A DNA stretch of 49,811 bases. Origin: a virus (taxonomy: Duplodnaviria > Heunggongvirae > Uroviricota > Caudoviricetes). Both the position numbers and the translations under genes were made by a program. The notes under the pieces are model-generated. The model was not told the origin of the DNA, made no database searches, and saw only the letters and a list, made by a program, of their open reading frames with translations. Below, one piece after another: positions 48,142 through 49,811 of the stretch (the stretch's first letter is position 1; every line of letters starts with the position of its first letter). The stretch is from the IMG/VR virus record IMGVR_UViG_2579779084_000010. The stretch is one strand, 5' to 3'.

Positions 48142-49811
48142 ATGAGTAAAGTCTTTATTTGCGCCGCCATTCCGGACGAACAGGCAATAAAGGAAGAAGG
48201 TGCAGTCGCTGTAGCCACTGCCATTGAAGCTGGCGACGAACGCCGCGCCCGTGCCAAATTTACCTGGCAATTCCTGGAGCAATATCCGGCTGCTCAGGAC
48301 TGCGCTTATAAATTTCTTGTTTGCGAGGATAAACCCGGTATACCCCGCCCTGCCCTCGATTCCTGGGATGCTGAATATATGCAGGAAAACCGCTGGGATG
48401 AGGAGTCAGCTTCCTTTGTCCCGGTTGAGACTGAATCAGATCCGATGAACGTCACTTTTGACAAGCTGGCCCCTGAAGTGCAGAACGCTGTCATGGTTAA
48501 GTTCGACACATGTGAAAACATCACCGTTGATATGGTGATTAGTGCACAGGAACTGTTGCAGGAAGACATGGCAACATTCGACGGACATATCGTTGAAGCG
48601 TTGATGAAAATGCCAGAAGTTAACGCCATGTATCCAGAACTTAAGTTGCATGCCATCGGGTGGGTTAAGCATAAATGTAAGCCTGGAGCTAAATGGCCCG
48701 AAATTCAGGCAGAGATGCGCATCTGGAAAAAACGTCGCGAAGGTGAACGCAAGGAAACCGGAAAATACACGTCTGCTGTTGATCTCGCCCGCGCCAGAGT
48801 CAACCGACAGCACACTGAAAACTCAGCAGAAAATATCCCCCCTGTCACTGCAGTCATTCGTCGCGAATATAAGCAGACATGGAAAACACTGGATGATGAA
48901 CTGGCCTACGCTCTGTGGCCTGGTGACATTGATGCCGGAAACATTGACGGCAGCATCCATCGCTGGGCAAAAAATGAAGTTATCAACAACGACCGCGAAG
49001 ACTGGAAGCGTATCTCAGCATCAATGCGCAAACAGCCTGATGCCCTTCGCTACGACCGCCAGACTATTTTTGGCCTTGTCCGTGAGCGTCCGATCGACAT
49101 TCACAAAGACCCTGTGGCACTGAACAAATACATTACTGAATACCTGACTACAAAGGGCGTGTTTGAAGATGAAGGAACAAATCAGATCGCAACTGATACT
49201 CTCTCGTCGCCAGTACCAGAAACTGATGCAGTGGAAACGGCAATTCCGGACAACGAAAAAACCGAATGCAAAGTGGAAGTCGAACCATCTGTAGAGCGTG
49301 AGGGGCCGTTCTACTTCCTCTTCACCGACAAGGATGGTGAAAAATACGGTCGCGCAAACAAACTTTCTGGTCTGGATAAGGCACTGGCTGCCGGGGCTAC
49401 TGAAATCACGAAAGAAGAATATTTCGTCCGCAAAAACAGTACATACTCAGGTTCACAACAAAATACTGGTGCATCTGACACGACCGCACAACCAGGGCCG
49501 GTAAAAGTTACCGCTGACGAAGTAAACAACATTATGCAGGCAGCCAATATCAGCCAGCCTGACGCCGATGAACTGCTTGCAGTATCACGTGGTGAATTTG
49601 TTGCAGGAATTAGCGATCCGAATGATCCGAAATGGGTGAAGGGGATGGAAACCCGCGATTCTGTGAACCAGAACCAGCAAGAAACGGAACAGAACGGCCA
49701 GAAAGCGGAACAAAACAGCCCAAATGCGTTACAAAATGAGCCAGAAACGAAACAACCTGAACCAGTAGTGCAACAGGAACCGGAAAAGATCTGCACCGCC
49801 TGCGGTCAGAC
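48142..49811 (+). CDS. RecE-like (exonuclease VIII family) protein, 5-prime partial view: ORF runs off the right edge
   Basis: Open frame of at least 556 codons, not in the ORF track because it has no stop in the window; segment DELLAVSRGEFVAGISDPNDPKWVKGMETRD resembles a RecE internal segment; N-terminus differs from K-12 RecE. Confidence 0.55.
   Translation, partial: MSKVFICAAIPDEQAIKEEGAVAVATAIEAGDERRARAKFTWQFLEQYPAAQDCAYKFLVCEDKPGIPRPALDSWDAEYMQENRWDEESASFVPVETESDPMNVTFDKLAPEVQNAVMVKFDTCENITVDMVISAQELLQEDMATFDGHIVEALMKMPEVNAMYPELKLHAIGWVKHKCKPGAKWPEIQAEMRIWKKRREGERKETGKYTSAVDLARARVNRQHTENSAENIPPVTAVIRREYKQTWKTLDDELAYALWPGDIDAGNIDGSIHRWAKNEVINNDREDWKRISASMRKQPDALRYDRQTIFGLVRERPIDIHKDPVALNKYITEYLTTKGVFEDEGTNQIATDTLSSPVPETDAVETAIPDNEKTECKVEVEPSVEREGPFYFLFTDKDGEKYGRANKLSGLDKALAAGATEITKEEYFVRKNSTYSGSQQNTGASDTTAQPGPVKVTADEVNNIMQAANISQPDADELLAVSRGEFVAGISDPNDPKWVKGMETRDSVNQNQQETEQNGQKAEQNSPNALQNEPETKQPEPVVQQEPEKICTACGQ

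Noticed and set aside
1-49811. CRISPR arrays or cas genes
   Set aside because: No regularly spaced short direct repeats with unique spacers were seen; the only regular repeat arrays are the origin iterons and the stf protein-coding repeats.

Overview
This window looks like an Escherichia coli-type chromosome segment. Positions 1736-6465 carry the host genes roxA(ycfD), pepT, potA and potB, with a tyrosine integrase (258-1508, minus strand) at the far left that probably belongs to a separate integrative element lying outside the window. From about 6.47 kb to the right edge the sequence is a lambdoid prophage of the Qin / phage-21 type, inserted at the potB/potC junction so that potC is missing from its usual place. 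Reading the minus strand from right to left it has: a DicA/DicC-type immunity region with ydfA, DicF-like sRNA, dicB, ydfD and a recE-like gene running off the edge (plus strand); dicC, a YdaT-like gene and an O-like replication gene with internal iterons; a HAD phosphatase plus NUDIX hydrolase cassette; hok; a nin-like region (DUF968, rusA); Q with a lambda-like late promoter and terminator; two tRNAs; cargo genes in the position where stx sits in Stx phages (two TolA-C-terminal-like lipoproteins); a phage-21-like lysis cassette; cos and terminase; head genes with a protease-capsid fusion; lambda-like tail genes Z through J; lom, stf, tfa; and finally a serine invertase, an AT-rich island with a SAM methyltransferase, and a truncated second tfa copy next to potB. 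All identifications come from reading the translations and DNA motifs by eye and from memory of protein families; no database search was run, so family names are hypotheses and coordinates of starts are approximate where noted. The most interesting candidates for undescribed biology are the TolA-mimic lipoprotein pair, the hairpin-bounded HAD+NUDIX cassette, and the methyltransferase/small-peptide island flanked by tfa repeats.
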